Shown here one piece after another: positions 31,424-46,259 of a stretch of 64,000 nt of DNA (within the stretch, counting starts at the first letter, position 1; every line of letters begins with the position of its first letter). The translations under genes and the position numbers were made by a program. The DNA is from an uncultured Planctomycetota bacterium. GTDB lineage: Bacteria > Planctomycetota > Planctomycetia > Gemmatales > Gemmataceae. The stretch lies in NCBI GenBank assembly GCA_963849325.1, contig CAWKHF010000006.1, positions 640,001-704,000 of the forward strand, written 5' to 3'. The notes beneath the pieces were generated by a model. It ran no database searches and was not told the DNA's origin. It saw nothing but the letters and a program-made list of their open reading frames with translations.

Positions 31424-32566
31424 ATGAACGGCACTCTTCAACCTCCGGCCGAACACGCTCCCCACGCCTTCAGCCTGCGCGATCTGCCCCTGGCGGCTCG
31501 CCTGACCCTGGCCCTCTTCCTCATCTCGGTCGGCATCGGTTACGTGTCGGCCCTGGTGCAGTTGCACTTTCAGCACGCCACGCCCGGCCAATTACTGCCC
31601 ACCACCGACGACGCCGTTCGCGTCTTCTTCGGCCACACCGGAGACAGGCCGCAAAGCAAGATCGAGCAACTGCTGCCGGAAGACTTTCAGGGCAAGAAGA
31701 TGAACGGTCAGGGCCAGATGACCAACGCTTTCTTCAAACGCGCGGAGGACTACGATGACGCCCTCCGCGAACGAGCGAAGGAACTGGCGAAAAAACAAGG
31801 CGGCAAGCCCAAAGCCCCGGCCATCAAGGAGGCGGCGAAAGAAGAAGTGGACCAGGAGCGCCACGGCGAGCGCCTGGCGATGATCGCCTGGGTGCGCGGC
31901 GGGGCGAACGAGGCGGAGTACAATGAGAACAAGTTTCCTCTGCCGGACGATCTGAGTAAGCGGCCGATGACTCGAACGTATCTTGTCGAGGAAGATGGCC
32001 ATGCCGCCGAGCCGCGCACGATCAAGATCCAAACTCTTTTCCAGGAGCGTTGTGCCAACTGCCACCAGGCGGGCGGCGAGGCCCAAAATTTCCCCCTGAC
32101 GAACTTCGCCGAAATCAAGAAGTACACCACTGTGAAGACTGCCAGCGGCATGTCGCTGGAGAAACTGGCCCAGACGACACACGTTCACTTGCTCGGCTTC
32201 TCGATGCTGTACGGCATGACCGGCCTCATCCTCGCCTTCAGCAGCTATCCGCGCTTTCTGCGTCTGCTGCTCTGCCCGCTGCCGCTCTTGGCGCAGGTGG
32301 TGGACATCAGCTTGTGGTGGCTGGCCCGGCTGCCGGAACCGCAGGGACCGATGTACGCGCGGGCCATCGTCGTCAGCGGCGCCGTTGTCGCCGTCGGACT
32401 GCTGCTGCACATCGTACTCGGACTGTTCAACCTGTTCAGCAAGAAGACGTGGCTGGTGCTGTTGCTGCTATTTGGCGCCGCCGGTTACGTCGGTCACACG
32501 ACCAAGCTGCGCGTGATCGATCCGTTCATCGCGCAGGAGAAGACGCCGGCCAAGACAGCGGAATGA
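31424..32566 (+). CDS. Membrane protein with one c-type heme motif
   Basis: N-terminal TM helix, CANCH, THVHLLGF, about 4 C-terminal TM helices. Confidence 0.75.
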   Translation: MNGTLQPPAEHAPHAFSLRDLPLAARLTLALFLISVGIGYVSALVQLHFQHATPGQLLPTTDDAVRVFFGHTGDRPQSKIEQLLPEDFQGKKMNGQGQMTNAFFKRAEDYDDALRERAKELAKKQGGKPKAPAIKEAAKEEVDQERHGERLAMIAWVRGGANEAEYNENKFPLPDDLSKRPMTRTYLVEEDGHAAEPRTIKIQTLFQERCANCHQAGGEAQNFPLTNFAEIKKYTTVKTASGMSLEKLAQTTHVHLLGFSMLYGMTGLILAFSSYPRFLRLLLCPLPLLAQVVDISLWWLARLPEPQGPMYARAIVVSGAVVAVGLLLHIVLGLFNLFSKKTWLVLLLLFGAAGYVGHTTKLRVIDPFIAQEKTPAKTAE

Positions 32567-32905
32567 GCGGGGAAAATGTTTAGCGGCGGCTCACAGGGCC
32601 GCGTTTTGAGCGCGTCCCCGCGACCCGCCGCAAAGAGCGTTCAGAAACAATGAGCAGAACTCCTGAAATCAAGCTACTTCCTTCGTTCTTTCTGATCGCT
32701 CTGGGGGCAGTGGAGAGTCGAGGATCGGCACCCTACTCAACGCCTCCCCGGCCAAGAGGATCGAAGACGTCACCCTGCCCAAGACCTACGGCGACTTGGA
32801 GGGCAAGCCCAAGACGCCCGAGGAGGCCCAGCGCCTTGCGCACCAGATGGGGACGCGAATAATGACGAACGGTAATCATATGTCCGCAGCGGTGCGGAGG
32901 AATCG

Positions 32906-34410
32906 ATGGCTGAGCATACTGTCAATTACTTCATGTGGGGCTACCAGGAACACTACTGCGTCTCTGCCGAGCTTGAGGCCGAGCGACTGCTGAGCCGCCT
33001 GGACCCCCGCTTCCAACGCTGCAAGCCCAAGGTGTACTTGGTCGGTCGCCAGATCAACGAGCAGAAAGGGTTCCATCCCCTCTGCGTCGTCCCCGACGAC
33101 TGCCCGTACCAGCCCGAGACGTTCGCAGGGCTCGACCAACTCGCTGCGGAGTTGGAGGCAGCCGACCCTGAGAACAAAGTCTTACACTCCCACCAGCTCG
33201 CGCACGAGAATGCCCACCGGGCGTTGAAGCTCAGGGCGCTACGCCGGGCGGTCTTGCGGAAGATCGAGGCGGTAACCGACACGGAAGACACCCTCACGCG
33301 GATCTCCTGGCCCACGAAGGTGGATAACTACCTCGTGATGCTGGTGCTTCAGATTTCGCGGCCTATCTACGAATCGTACTACCGCCTCAGCCGGGATTAT
33401 GTGCAAGAGCGGACGACGGTGACCTATCACCGCGCCCCGTCGCTCCTGAGCGCTACGATCAATGAATACCTTGAAGCGTGCGCTACATTCCTCCACCGCC
33501 CGAACCCAGGCTCCGGCTTCAGGATCATCTCCGAGGACGAGGAGTTGTTGCGGGGGGCAGCCAAGGAACTGATGTACGGTCCGGCCTGGGCCGGCGGCAA
33601 TTTGCACGATCTACACGGCTTGTTCGAGGCGTGCAACACGATCTCGACCCTGAAGTACGAGGGCAAAGAGGGTGTTGGGCGCCTCGTCCTCGCGCGCCCC
33701 GATCACCCGGCCCTGCGGGTCGATCTCGAACTGTTGTCGCCCGTCTCGCTCCGCGACTATGGCGCGGTGCGTAAGCTCCTCCAACTCGCCATCGGCGATC
33801 AGTGCCTGCTCTGCGACTCCGCAGCGATCTACGGTGTAGGTGTCGTCCTCGACAGCTACAACGCCAGCGAAGAGAATCTGTTCGTCATCCGGTTCACGAA
33901 GAACTTCATGTGGGATCTGTCTCACGCCGGGAACCCGCTTATGTACATGCGGTACGGCCCTAGTGGATCTCGATGGCACCTGCCACGCCATCGGCGTCAT
34001 CCTGGACGGGCAGGCCCACCGCCACTGCACTCCGTCCCGCGGTGCCCGCTACAACTCCGCGGTGCGGTACGCCTACGGGCGGAAGGACTGCATGGTCGTG
34101 GTCAAGTCTGAGGACGGCATGGTGAACCTCTTCCCGTCGCTCAGACCGCAAATCAGCCGAGCCAAACTTAATGCCACGCTGGCGCGGCTGCGCCCTGGCC
34201 GAGGCGAAGGTCGCGGACGAGGCGGAGCTGAACCTGGCCATGCACTGGCTGCACGACCACCGCTTCTACCTCTCAGTGGCCCAATGCGAAGAAGTGAACA
34301 GGCTGAACCAGGAAGCGGCGAAGCGCCTGCCATCCGATGCCTGGCGTATCGTGTATGATGTGTTCGAGCCGGACGAGGAGATGAACGACTCTTACTTCCT
34401 GCCAGAATGA
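32906..34410 (+). pseudogene. Diadenylate-cyclase (DisA_N-like) domain protein with N-terminal sensor region; internally deleted and frameshifted
   Basis: FMWGYQ start; GVILDG..RGARYNSA..VVKSEDG present, but the reading frame breaks near 33957 and the DGA motif region is missing. Confidence 0.7.
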
Positions 34411-34556
34411 TGCGTCAGTGCAGCCGGTGCGTGTCCTGTCTATTAATGGTTGTCAGATTCTATACCAAGAGCATTCGGAAAAAACGAAGGGAGTGGCTTG
34501 ATTTCAAGGATTCCCGCTCATCGTTTCCGAACGCTCTAAACAGGAACGGATCGTCG

Positions 34557-34796
34557 TCACGGCGGATCGAAACCGCCCTGGCAGAACGGATTGCAGCGAC
34601 AGATGCGCCAGGCGCCCTTGCAGGCGCCGCGCAGTGGGCCGTACTTGTGGACCGCCTCGATGAAGTATTCACTGCAACTGGGGTGGAAACGGCACACCGC
34701 CGGCAGGATCGGCCGCAGACAGACCTGGTAGCCGCGCACGCCGCCGATGAGCACGGTTGCCAGAGCGAAACGCAGCCATTCCCGCAGATGGCTCAT
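34557..34796 (-). CDS. yidD: Membrane protein insertion efficiency factor
   Basis: CRFHPSCSEY, RICRCNPF..GGFDP. Confidence 0.93.
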   Translation of the reverse strand: MSHLREWLRFALATVLIGGVRGYQVCLRPILPAVCRFHPSCSEYFIEAVHKYGPLRGACKGAWRICRCNPFCQGGFDPP

Positions 34797-35161
34797 GACT
34801 TCTCGGCCTCGCGCTCCAGCTTGCGGGCTACCTGACGGACCAGGCGCGGCAGCGAATGCTTCAGTTCCACCAGCGTCGGCGGCTCCGGCCGTCGCGGGAT
34901 GAGGATCAAATCGAAACCTACCGGCATCTCGTGCCGTGTCAGGCGAAACGCTTCGCGGTACAAGCGGCGCAGCCGATTGCGCTGCACGGCGCCGCCCACC
35001 TTGCGCGACACCGACAGGCCCACGCGCAGATAGGACAGGCCGTTCTCACAAGCGTAGACGATGAGCAGGCCGTCGCTGACCGAGCGGCGCCGATCGTAGA
35101 CGCGGCGGAAGTCGGCGGTGCGGCGCAAGTGCTCGTGCTTGCGGAAACGAAATGAAGGCAT
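34793..35161 (-). CDS. rnpA: RNase P protein component
   Basis: RVGLSVSRKVGGAVQRNRLRR. Confidence 0.95.
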   Translation of the reverse strand: MPSFRFRKHEHLRRTADFRRVYDRRRSVSDGLLIVYACENGLSYLRVGLSVSRKVGGAVQRNRLRRLYREAFRLTRHEMPVGFDLILIPRRPEPPTLVELKHSLPRLVRQVARKLEREAEKS

Positions 35162-35170
35162 AGTCTCAAA

Positions 35171-35251
35171 AGTTCTGAGTTCTGAGTTCTGAGTTCTGAG
35201 TTCTGAGTTCTGTGCTTTTCACTCAGAACTCAGAACTCAGAACTCAGAACT
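35171..35251. repeat. Inverted heptamer tandem array (AGTTCTG)6...(CAGAACT)4
   Basis: Read directly from the sequence between dnaJ and rnpA. Confidence 0.92.
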
Positions 35252-36147
35252 TACTCTTGCCACGGCACATTCGCGCGTGGGTCTTGTGGATTCAGACGCG
35301 CGAACTCCTCGATAAGTTCGCGGCTGCGCTCGTCGGCCGGCTTCGGCACGACGATCTTGATCTCGATGAACTGATCGCCGCCGGCGATGCCCTTACCGCG
35401 CAGGCGCAACCTCGCTCCACTCGACGTACCGGGCGGCACCTTGACGGTCAGGTGCGTGCCGTCCAGCGTCGGCACGTCCACCTTGGCGCCCAGGATCGCC
35501 TCGGCGACGGAGATCGGCACGTCCACAAGGACGTTGTTGCCTTCGCGGCGAAAATAAGAATGCGGCTCGATCCGGATGCGGACGAGCAGGTCGCCGCCGC
35601 CCGGACCTTGGCCGCCCAGGCGGAGCTTCTTGCCTTCCTCGACGCCGGCCGGCACCTTGAGGTCAATCTGTCGGCCGTCCACCGACAGCGAAATCGTGCC
35701 GCCCAGGGCCGCTTTCAGGAAGGGGACAGCGACCTCGGCTTCGGCCGTCTCCGCCGGCCGGGCCGCACGTCCTCGCCCTCGACCGCGCCGGCCGAACATG
35801 CCTCCCAGGTCGGCCCCTCCGCCAAAGGCGCCGAAGATGCTGGCGAGGTCTTCGGGGTTGACGCCCTGGAACTCGAAGCCCTGTCCGCCACCTTCGGCGC
35901 GGAACGGCCCCTGACCGCCGGCGCCGCCCGGCCCGGCGAAGCCGAAGCGGTCGTACTGCGTGCGTTTGTTCTTGTCGCTGAGGACGTCGTAGGCTTCCTG
36001 CACTTCCTTGAAATGCGCTTCGGCCTGCTTGTCGCCGGGGTTGCGGTCGGGGTGATACTGGCGGGCGAGCTTGCGATACGCCTTCTTGATGTCGCTCTCG
36101 GAGGCATCGCGGCCGACGCCCAGCACCTCGTAATAATCGCGCGGCAT
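35251..36147 (-). CDS. DnaJ/CbpA-class co-chaperone without zinc finger
   Basis: [13 protein letters not shown]-rich region, DnaJ_C. Confidence 0.92.
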   Translation of the reverse strand: MPRDYYEVLGVGRDASESDIKKAYRKLARQYHPDRNPGDKQAEAHFKEVQEAYDVLSDKNKRTQYDRFGFAGPGGAGGQGPFRAEGGGQGFEFQGVNPEDLASIFGAFGGGADLGGMFGRRGRGRGRAARPAETAEAEVAVPFLKAALGGTISLSVDGRQIDLKVPAGVEEGKKLRLGGQGPGGGDLLVRIRIEPHSYFRREGNNVLVDVPISVAEAILGAKVDVPTLDGTHLTVKVPPGTSSGARLRLRGKGIAGGDQFIEIKIVVPKPADERSRELIEEFARLNPQDPRANVPWQE

Positions 36148-36277
36148 GGTTGCTTGGCCTGACTGCGAGGGAAGCGAAACCTGTGTTATTCTAGCGCCGG
36201 TCGTACTACAAGCCCAGAGCGTCCGCGAGGGTGCTTCTACCCGTCGCGGACACTCCGGGCTTGTGGGAAAACCATTT

Positions 36278-37640
36278 CTAAGCCAGCCCTTCCTCACGCA
36301 GCAAATCGAGCGTATCGGCCACCGCCGCGACGGTTTTCTCCACGTCCGCCTCGGTGTGGGCGGCCGTCGTCATGCCCGCCAGTCCCGGCAGATCGACGCC
36401 GTGCAGCAGCATTCCCTGGCGGAAGGCGTGCGCCAGCCGCGCATTGCGGATGCCGCTCGAGCTTGTCCAGCGCTCCGCCGTAGGGGAGGAAGTCGTCGCC
36501 GTCCGGCCTCGGTCCCTGGTAGCCGGGCAGCAGCTGGAAGCCGGAGAATTCGCCGTAGGCCGCCCAGTTCGCGCCGCGCTCGGCGAACAGAGCGTTGAGC
36601 CGTTGCCGTAACTGCTGGGCGATGGCGTTGGCGCGGCGGCACGGTTCGCCGTCGGCGACGATCCGCAGGGTGGTGATGCCGGCCGCCGCCGACAGCGGGT
36701 TGGCGTTGAACGTGCCGGGATGGCGCATCTTCGGCTTGCCCGGCCGAAACTCCAGGTACTCCAGGACGTCGCCGCGGCCGGCCACGCAGCCACCCGGCAG
36801 ACCGCCGGCCAAAATCTTCGCCATCGTCGTCAGGTCCGGCTTGATGCCGTAATGTCCCTGGGCGCCGCCCGGCGCGACGCGGAAGCCGGTGATGACCTCA
36901 TCGAAAATCAGCAGACGGTCGAGTCGTGTCGTCAATTCGCGCAGGCCGTGGAGGAACGGGCCGCGCACCGGCACTTGTCCCCAGTGTCCGCCCGTCGGTT
37001 CGAGGATGACGCAGCCGATCCGCGCATCGTCGCGCAGGGTGCGTTCGACCGCGTCGAGGTCGTTGGGCGGGATGATGACGGTGTGTTGCGACACCTCGCC
37101 CGGAATGCCGGGCACGGCGGCGTCGTGCGGAACGTCGGCGCCGGGGATGAGGAAGTCGTTCCAGCCGTGGAAGTGGCCGGCGAACTTGAGGACGCGCGGC
37201 CGGCCGGTGAAGATGCGCGCCAGCCGCAGGGCCATCAGCGTCGCCTCGGTCCCCGAGGACACGAAACGCACGCGCTCCGCCGACGGCACCAGTCGCTGTA
37301 CCCATCGGCCCCATTCGATCTCGCCTTCGTGGCAGGCGCCGGGGTGCGTCGCCTTCTCCATCTGCCGCTGCACCGCCTCGACCACCGCCGGATGACCGTG
37401 GCCCAGCAGCAGCGCTCCGTGGCCGGACCAGAAGTCGATCAGCTCGCGGCCCTCCACGGTCCACTTGTGTCCGCCGTGCGCGCGATCGATGTAGACGGGG
37501 AACGGCGTCAAGTGGCGCAGGTCGTGCGTGACGCCGTTGGGAAAGATGTTACGGGCCTGCTCGTGCAGCTTCTGCGAGCGCGGGAAGGCCGCCGCGTAAC
37601 GCTCGGTCAGCGACGGACGGGACAGCGTGGCCTGCGACAT
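36278..37640 (-). CDS. Class III aminotransferase (GSA-aminomutase-like); frameshift near 36455
   Basis: [36 protein letters not shown]. Confidence 0.88.
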
Positions 37641-37671
37641 GAATACTTCTCCGGGGATGAAAAAGAGGCGG

Positions 37672-37938
37672 TCATGACTCCACCAACTCGTAGGTGCCGC
37701 CGCCGGCTTTTTTGAGCTTGCCCTGCTTGACCAACTCGTCCCAGACGCTTGGTGGAAACGGATAGGGCGGCGTGATCGCCACGATGCGGGCGCGGTTGGG
37801 ACTGAGGGGTCCGCCGCCCAGCTTCGATTCCTCGTCCAGCTGCGTGAGCTTGAGACGTTTGCGGAACGCCTTCAGGGCTTGCTTGAGTTCCTGCGCCGTC
37901 GGCGTTCCTCCCGCCGAGGAAGAATCGGACGTGGACAT
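37672..37938 (-). CDS. Small hypothetical protein
   Basis: GGAGGAG RBS, GC-rich codon usage. Confidence 0.7.
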   Translation of the reverse strand: MSTSDSSSAGGTPTAQELKQALKAFRKRLKLTQLDEESKLGGGPLSPNRARIVAITPPYPFPPSVWDELVKQGKLKKAGGGTYELVES

Positions 37939-37971
37939 GATCTCCTCCCACCTGGGTCGAGCGAGCGGACC

Positions 37972-38031
37972 CCCGAGCCGCGACCGTCAGGGAGCGGTGC
38001 TTTCTCCGCTCCCTGACGGTCGCGGCTCGGG
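37972..38031. repeat. REP-like palindrome; second copy at 49340-49407
   Basis: CCCGAGCCGCGACCGTCAGGGAGCGG...CCGCTCCCTGACGGTCGCGGCTCGGG. Confidence 0.9.
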
Positions 38032-38060
38032 ATGTCCGCTCGCTCTTATCCTACTCGGTT

Positions 38061-39293
38061 TCACGGCGCCAGGAACCACGGTTTCGCCGTCGAATCGTTT
38101 TTGAAAAACCGCAAAAGCTGCTCGGCCACCTTTCGCCGCCCCGACGCGGACGGATGCGTACCGTCTCCGGCGAAATCCTCTTCGTCGTAGGACAGTCCGT
38201 CCGCTCGTTTGCTCTTGCCGTTGACCCACAGATACGGACCCCAGCTCAGCCACGGTGCCTTGACCTCGCCCTTGGCCGGGTCGTAATTCAGCTCCGCCTC
38301 GCCCTTAATCTGCCGTTCGATCAGCCACTTCACCGAGAAACCGGATTCATAGGCGTATGGCTCCGGGTTGAGCGGCGTTCGCGCATAGCCGGCGAAGATG
38401 CGGCTCGACAGATACACCATCTTCAGGTTAGGGAAGCGCTGGTGCATCAGCCGGACGATGTTCGCCAGCTCCGCCTGGAGCGTCCGAGCGTACTTGGGGA
38501 AGCCCTCGCGAGGTCCGGCGTCGGCCTCCTTGAGCCAGGCGATCTGCACTTGCTCCCGGCCCACCTTCTGGTCCTGAAGACGCCGATCGACGGTGTTCCA
38601 GAATTGCCTGCCGCGCGGCCCGTCCACGTTCTGAATCGCCGCCGCCGTCATACCGCCCTGTGCGCCATCGACGAGAACGAGCTGAGGATTCTTGTCCCTG
38701 TCCTTATTGGCGAGCTGCTGGAACATCGAGAATTCCTGCGTCGTGTTGCTCATGCCCACCGACAGCAGCACGATCTTGCCGTCCGCTGACGGCTTGCCAT
38801 CCGGGTCGAGCGGCCGCACCTGCTTCGCCAACGCCAATCCCGCTTTCTCGTGCCCGGCGGGTCGTTCGTTTTGGCCGTCGGGGTACAGACCTCCCGCGAA
38901 ACCCTTGTACTCGTCCTTGCCCATCTCCATCAGCGATTTCAGCCTGGAGACGTCCACCTTCGGCATCGGCGGGGCCGCGGCCGGAGGGCCACCGAGTTTC
39001 AATCCCAGCAGCACGTCCTTGCCGTCTTTCCGCACGATCTTGAACATCACCGCGGTGCCGGCCCGGAGCCGTTTGTCGGCCAGGCGCTCTTTGATCGGCT
39101 GCCCCCTCTCGTCCATGAATCGAGCGCTGTCGGGCACCGCGATCGCGTAATCCTTGCCTTCGGACGTGATAACGATGGACCTTTTGTCGGGATCGATGGT
39201 CTTGATCTTGCCGCGCTGAATGCCGTCCTGGGCCAGCAAGCCGCCGGCGCAGAGGAGACAGCCGGCCACGACGGCAGCGAATAAGCGACGCAT
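38061..39293 (-). CDS. Secreted protein, possible SGNH-like hydrolase
   Basis: Signal peptide; GMSNT block and DGTHPS (DxxH). Confidence 0.6.
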   Translation of the reverse strand: MRRLFAAVVAGCLLCAGGLLAQDGIQRGKIKTIDPDKRSIVITSEGKDYAIAVPDSARFMDERGQPIKERLADKRLRAGTAVMFKIVRKDGKDVLLGLKLGGPPAAAPPMPKVDVSRLKSLMEMGKDEYKGFAGGLYPDGQNERPAGHEKAGLALAKQVRPLDPDGKPSADGKIVLLSVGMSNTTQEFSMFQQLANKDRDKNPQLVLVDGAQGGMTAAAIQNVDGPRGRQFWNTVDRRLQDQKVGREQVQIAWLKEADAGPREGFPKYARTLQAELANIVRLMHQRFPNLKMVYLSSRIFAGYARTPLNPEPYAYESGFSVKWLIERQIKGEAELNYDPAKGEVKAPWLSWGPYLWVNGKSKRADGLSYDEEDFAGDGTHPSASGRRKVAEQLLRFFKNDSTAKPWFLAP

Positions 39294-39326
39294 GACAATC
39301 TCCTTCGTGCCAGGATGAGCGAACGA

Positions 39327-43357
<4,031 letters not shown>

Positions 43358-43721
43358 GGCGTGCCATCTTCCGCCCGGGCGCCCGGCCGCTCACGGAACG
43401 AAGAGGTGTACCCCTCACGAGGAAACGGAGGGCCGGGGCAGTGCCTGACGTCCCGGATTGCTCCTGGAGCTTACACCCCGCCGGACAGGGACGCAACCGA
43501 AAAGCCCGCGGAGAAGAAGGGAGGGGACCGCGACCGTTCCCTGGCGTCGAGAAAAGAACGATGCTGTCACCCGGACTTCACGAAAATAGGTGACATCCTG
43601 CGCGGTGATACGACCTCGGCAAGAAAGGAAGGTCGTCCGAGCCTGAAGCGTGAGCGAAGAGTACGACAACCTTCGGTTGTCGTACTCTTCGCTCACGCTT
43701 CTCGGACAAGTGCGAGGAAGA

Positions 43722-44228
43722 CTATCGATCAGCCGTCGTCGTCTGCGCGAGATAATCGTGCAGCTCAGAGCCGCCGTGATCGCGGAGGACGTCGCGCGCC
43801 TCGTCCGAGCGCCCGATCTGGCGGACGATCACCAGGGTCCGCCCCTGATCGATGGCGTGGGAGTAATGGTTGGCGTCTTCCTCGGAAATCTCCATGGCGA
43901 GGAAGGGGCCGAGGAAGGTGCCGCCGGCGGCGCCGAGAGCGGCCCCGCCAATGCCGCCGAGAAGCGTGCCGACACCCGGCAGCAGCGAGCCGGCCACGGC
44001 CCCAGCCACGGCGCCGGCGCCGGCGCCGGCCACGGCCCCCGTCGTCGCGCCCTCGGACGCATCCTTTTGGAATTGCAATCGCGGCGTGCCCGGAACGACG
44101 CCCATGCGCCGATTGGCCATGTCGATGCGATCCGGCGCGAAGCCGGCCCGCCACAAGGCCGAGACCGCTTGCTCCGCCTGGGCCTCCTGATCGAAGACAC
44201 CGATCACCAGATCTTTTCTGGATTCCAT
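43722..44228 (-). CDS. General-stress/glycine-zipper membrane protein
   Basis: VIGVFD..QAEQAV..L, GAVAGAGAG zipper, EEDANHY..GRTLVIV. Confidence 0.8.
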   Translation of the reverse strand: MESRKDLVIGVFDQEAQAEQAVSALWRAGFAPDRIDMANRRMGVVPGTPRLQFQKDASEGATTGAVAGAGAGAVAGAVAGSLLPGVGTLLGGIGGAALGAAGGTFLGPFLAMEISEEDANHYSHAIDQGRTLVIVRQIGRSDEARDVLRDHGGSELHDYLAQTTTADR

Positions 44229-44382
44229 CATGATCCGTCCCCTCGGGTTGTCTCTTGCTTAACGCCGCGCCAGGCGCGGGGAGGAAGGAACGTCCTTCCT
44301 GTATCCAGTGAGCAAAACGGATGCCGGTTGTCCATCGACGGCCGCGCCGCTACCATGCTCGCAAGCCCAGGAGTTCCCACGC

Positions 44383-45186
44383 ATGAATCCTCCGCCGACG
44401 ATCCTGATAACCGGCGCCGCCGGCAACATGGGCACCAAGCTGCGCCGGCACTGGCAAGGACGCTATCCGTTGCGCCTGCTGGACCGCGACCCGCGCGGCG
44501 ACGGCGACATCGTCGCCGCCGACCTCGCCCGCTGGGATGCGCACTGGCTCGATCGCTTCCGCGGCGCCGACGTGGTCGTCCACCTGGCCGCCGATCCGAC
44601 GGCGCAGCAGACCTGGTCCAACGTCCTCGGTCCGAACGTCGATGCCCTCATTAACGTCTTCCAGGCGGCGGCGCAGGCCGGCGTGAAGCGCCTGATTTAC
44701 GCCAGCTCCAACCACGTCATGGGCGGTTACAAGGACGATCCCGAACCGGTCCGGCTAACGACCGACCTGCCGCCGCGTCCGGGAGCGCGCTACCTTGTCG
44801 AGGGCGAGGCGCGCGACAGCACGCCCTACGGCTCGGCCAAGCTGTTCGGCGAACGCCTGGGCCGCTGTTACGCCGAGGCGTTCGGCCTGTCGATGCTGGC
44901 CGTCCGCTTCGGCTGGGTGCGGCCCGGAGACAACCGCTCGCAGGACATCCCCGCCACGCGCGAAGCGTGGTTCCGGCTCATGTGGCTGTCCAACCGCGAT
45001 TATCTTCACCTAATGGATTGCTGTCTGAACGTCGAACCTGCTCTGCGCTTCGCCGTCCTTCACGGCATGTCGGCCAACACCGGCATGCGCTGGGACCTGG
45101 AGTCCACTCGCCGGCTTGTCGGCTATCAACCGCTCGACGACGTGACGCGCGCCATTCCTGGAGCGCCGAGCGTTTGCGTACAATGA
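44383..45186 (+). CDS. NAD-dependent epimerase/dehydratase (uronate-dehydrogenase-like)
   Basis: ITGAAGNMG, ASSNH, YGSAK. Confidence 0.88.
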   Translation: MNPPPTILITGAAGNMGTKLRRHWQGRYPLRLLDRDPRGDGDIVAADLARWDAHWLDRFRGADVVVHLAADPTAQQTWSNVLGPNVDALINVFQAAAQAGVKRLIYASSNHVMGGYKDDPEPVRLTTDLPPRPGARYLVEGEARDSTPYGSAKLFGERLGRCYAEAFGLSMLAVRFGWVRPGDNRSQDIPATREAWFRLMWLSNRDYLHLMDCCLNVEPALRFAVLHGMSANTGMRWDLESTRRLVGYQPLDDVTRAIPGAPSVCVQ

Positions 45187-45236
45187 CAGGAGGACGTTGG
45201 CCGTCCGGTTCGAGGACAACCCTTTATCGAGGCATT

Positions 45237-46217
45237 ATGGCCGTTACGCGCAATGGCTCTTTCCGCCTGTTCCGCCTGGCTGGGATCGATGTCTATTTGC
45301 ACTGGTCCTGGCTGCTGGTGGCCTTCTTCCAGGTCCAGTATCGCGGACAATTCGTTCACTACGAGAGGCCGATCTGGGGCTTGATCGAGTACCTGTCGTT
45401 GTTCGGCATCGTCCTGATGCACGAGTTCGGCCACGCCCTGGCCTGCCGTCAGGTGGGTGGCTTCGCCAACTACATCGTACTGTGGCCGCTGGGCGGCATC
45501 GCCTACGTCAACCCGCCGCCTCGGCCGGCGGCCGTCCTGTGGAGCATCGCCGCCGGGCCGCTGGTCAACGTCCTTCTCGTCCCGGTGACGGTCGGCCTAT
45601 GGGTCCTCAGTGCCACGCTCGGCTGGGAAGCGATTCACCCCGACCTGGCCCTGTTCCTGCAAACGCTCTTGTGGATCAACACGGGCTTGCTGATTTTCAA
45701 CATGCTGCCGGTCTACCCTCTTGACGGCGGCCAGATCCTGCAAGCGCTGTTGTGGTTCGGAATCGGCCGGGCCGGCAGCTTGATGGTAGTGAGCATCATC
45801 GGCATGGTGGTGGGCGGCGGTGTGCTGTTCCTGGCCCTGCTCAGCCCCCTCCTCGGCATTGAGGGGACGTTGTGGCTGGGCATCCTGGCCGCTTTCGTGG
45901 TGTTCCGCGCCGTCATCGGTTTTCAGCAGGCGCGCGTACTGTCGCGCGTGCTGAGCGGCCCACGGCACCCCGACGCCGCCTGCCCTTCCTGCGGAACACC
46001 CCCGTTGGTCGGCAATTACTGGGTCTGCGACGAGTGCGGCGAGCGCTTCGACACGTTCAAGCACCGTGCCCAGTGTCCCGGTTGCGGCAAACTGTTCCGC
46101 ATCACACGCTGTCCGGACTGCTACAAGCAGCATCCGATCGACGAATGGTTCGCCTCGCCGCTGCCGACGGATGATTCTCCCTCTTATGATCCCGAGCGGG
46201 GGACGTCAGTCCCCTGA
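45237..46217 (+). CDS. Site-2 protease (M50) with C-terminal Zn ribbons
   Basis: HEFGH, AGPLVN, FNMLPVYPLDGG, four CxxC motifs. Confidence 0.9.
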   Translation: MAVTRNGSFRLFRLAGIDVYLHWSWLLVAFFQVQYRGQFVHYERPIWGLIEYLSLFGIVLMHEFGHALACRQVGGFANYIVLWPLGGIAYVNPPPRPAAVLWSIAAGPLVNVLLVPVTVGLWVLSATLGWEAIHPDLALFLQTLLWINTGLLIFNMLPVYPLDGGQILQALLWFGIGRAGSLMVVSIIGMVVGGGVLFLALLSPLLGIEGTLWLGILAAFVVFRAVIGFQQARVLSRVLSGPRHPDAACPSCGTPPLVGNYWVCDECGERFDTFKHRAQCPGCGKLFRITRCPDCYKQHPIDEWFASPLPTDDSPSYDPERGTSVP

Positions 46218-46248
46218 GCTTTCCCTCAGGGGGCTGACGCCCCCCGCT
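46194..46248. repeat. Palindrome between convergent genes (likely terminator)
   Basis: GAGCGGGGGACGTCAGTCCCCTGAG...CTCAGGGGGCTGACGCCCCCGCTC. Confidence 0.75.
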
Positions 46249-46259
46249 CCGAGCGTCCA

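Noticed and set aside
32581-32633. Imperfect inverted repeat as an attachment site for the DAC islet
   Set aside because: Too degenerate, and no matching copy was found at the other end of the islet.
35171-35251. Possible CRISPR array (also the 9-mer repeats at 13146, 23952 and 60588)
   Set aside because: Short tandem units in inverted arrangement, with no unique spacers and no cas genes.
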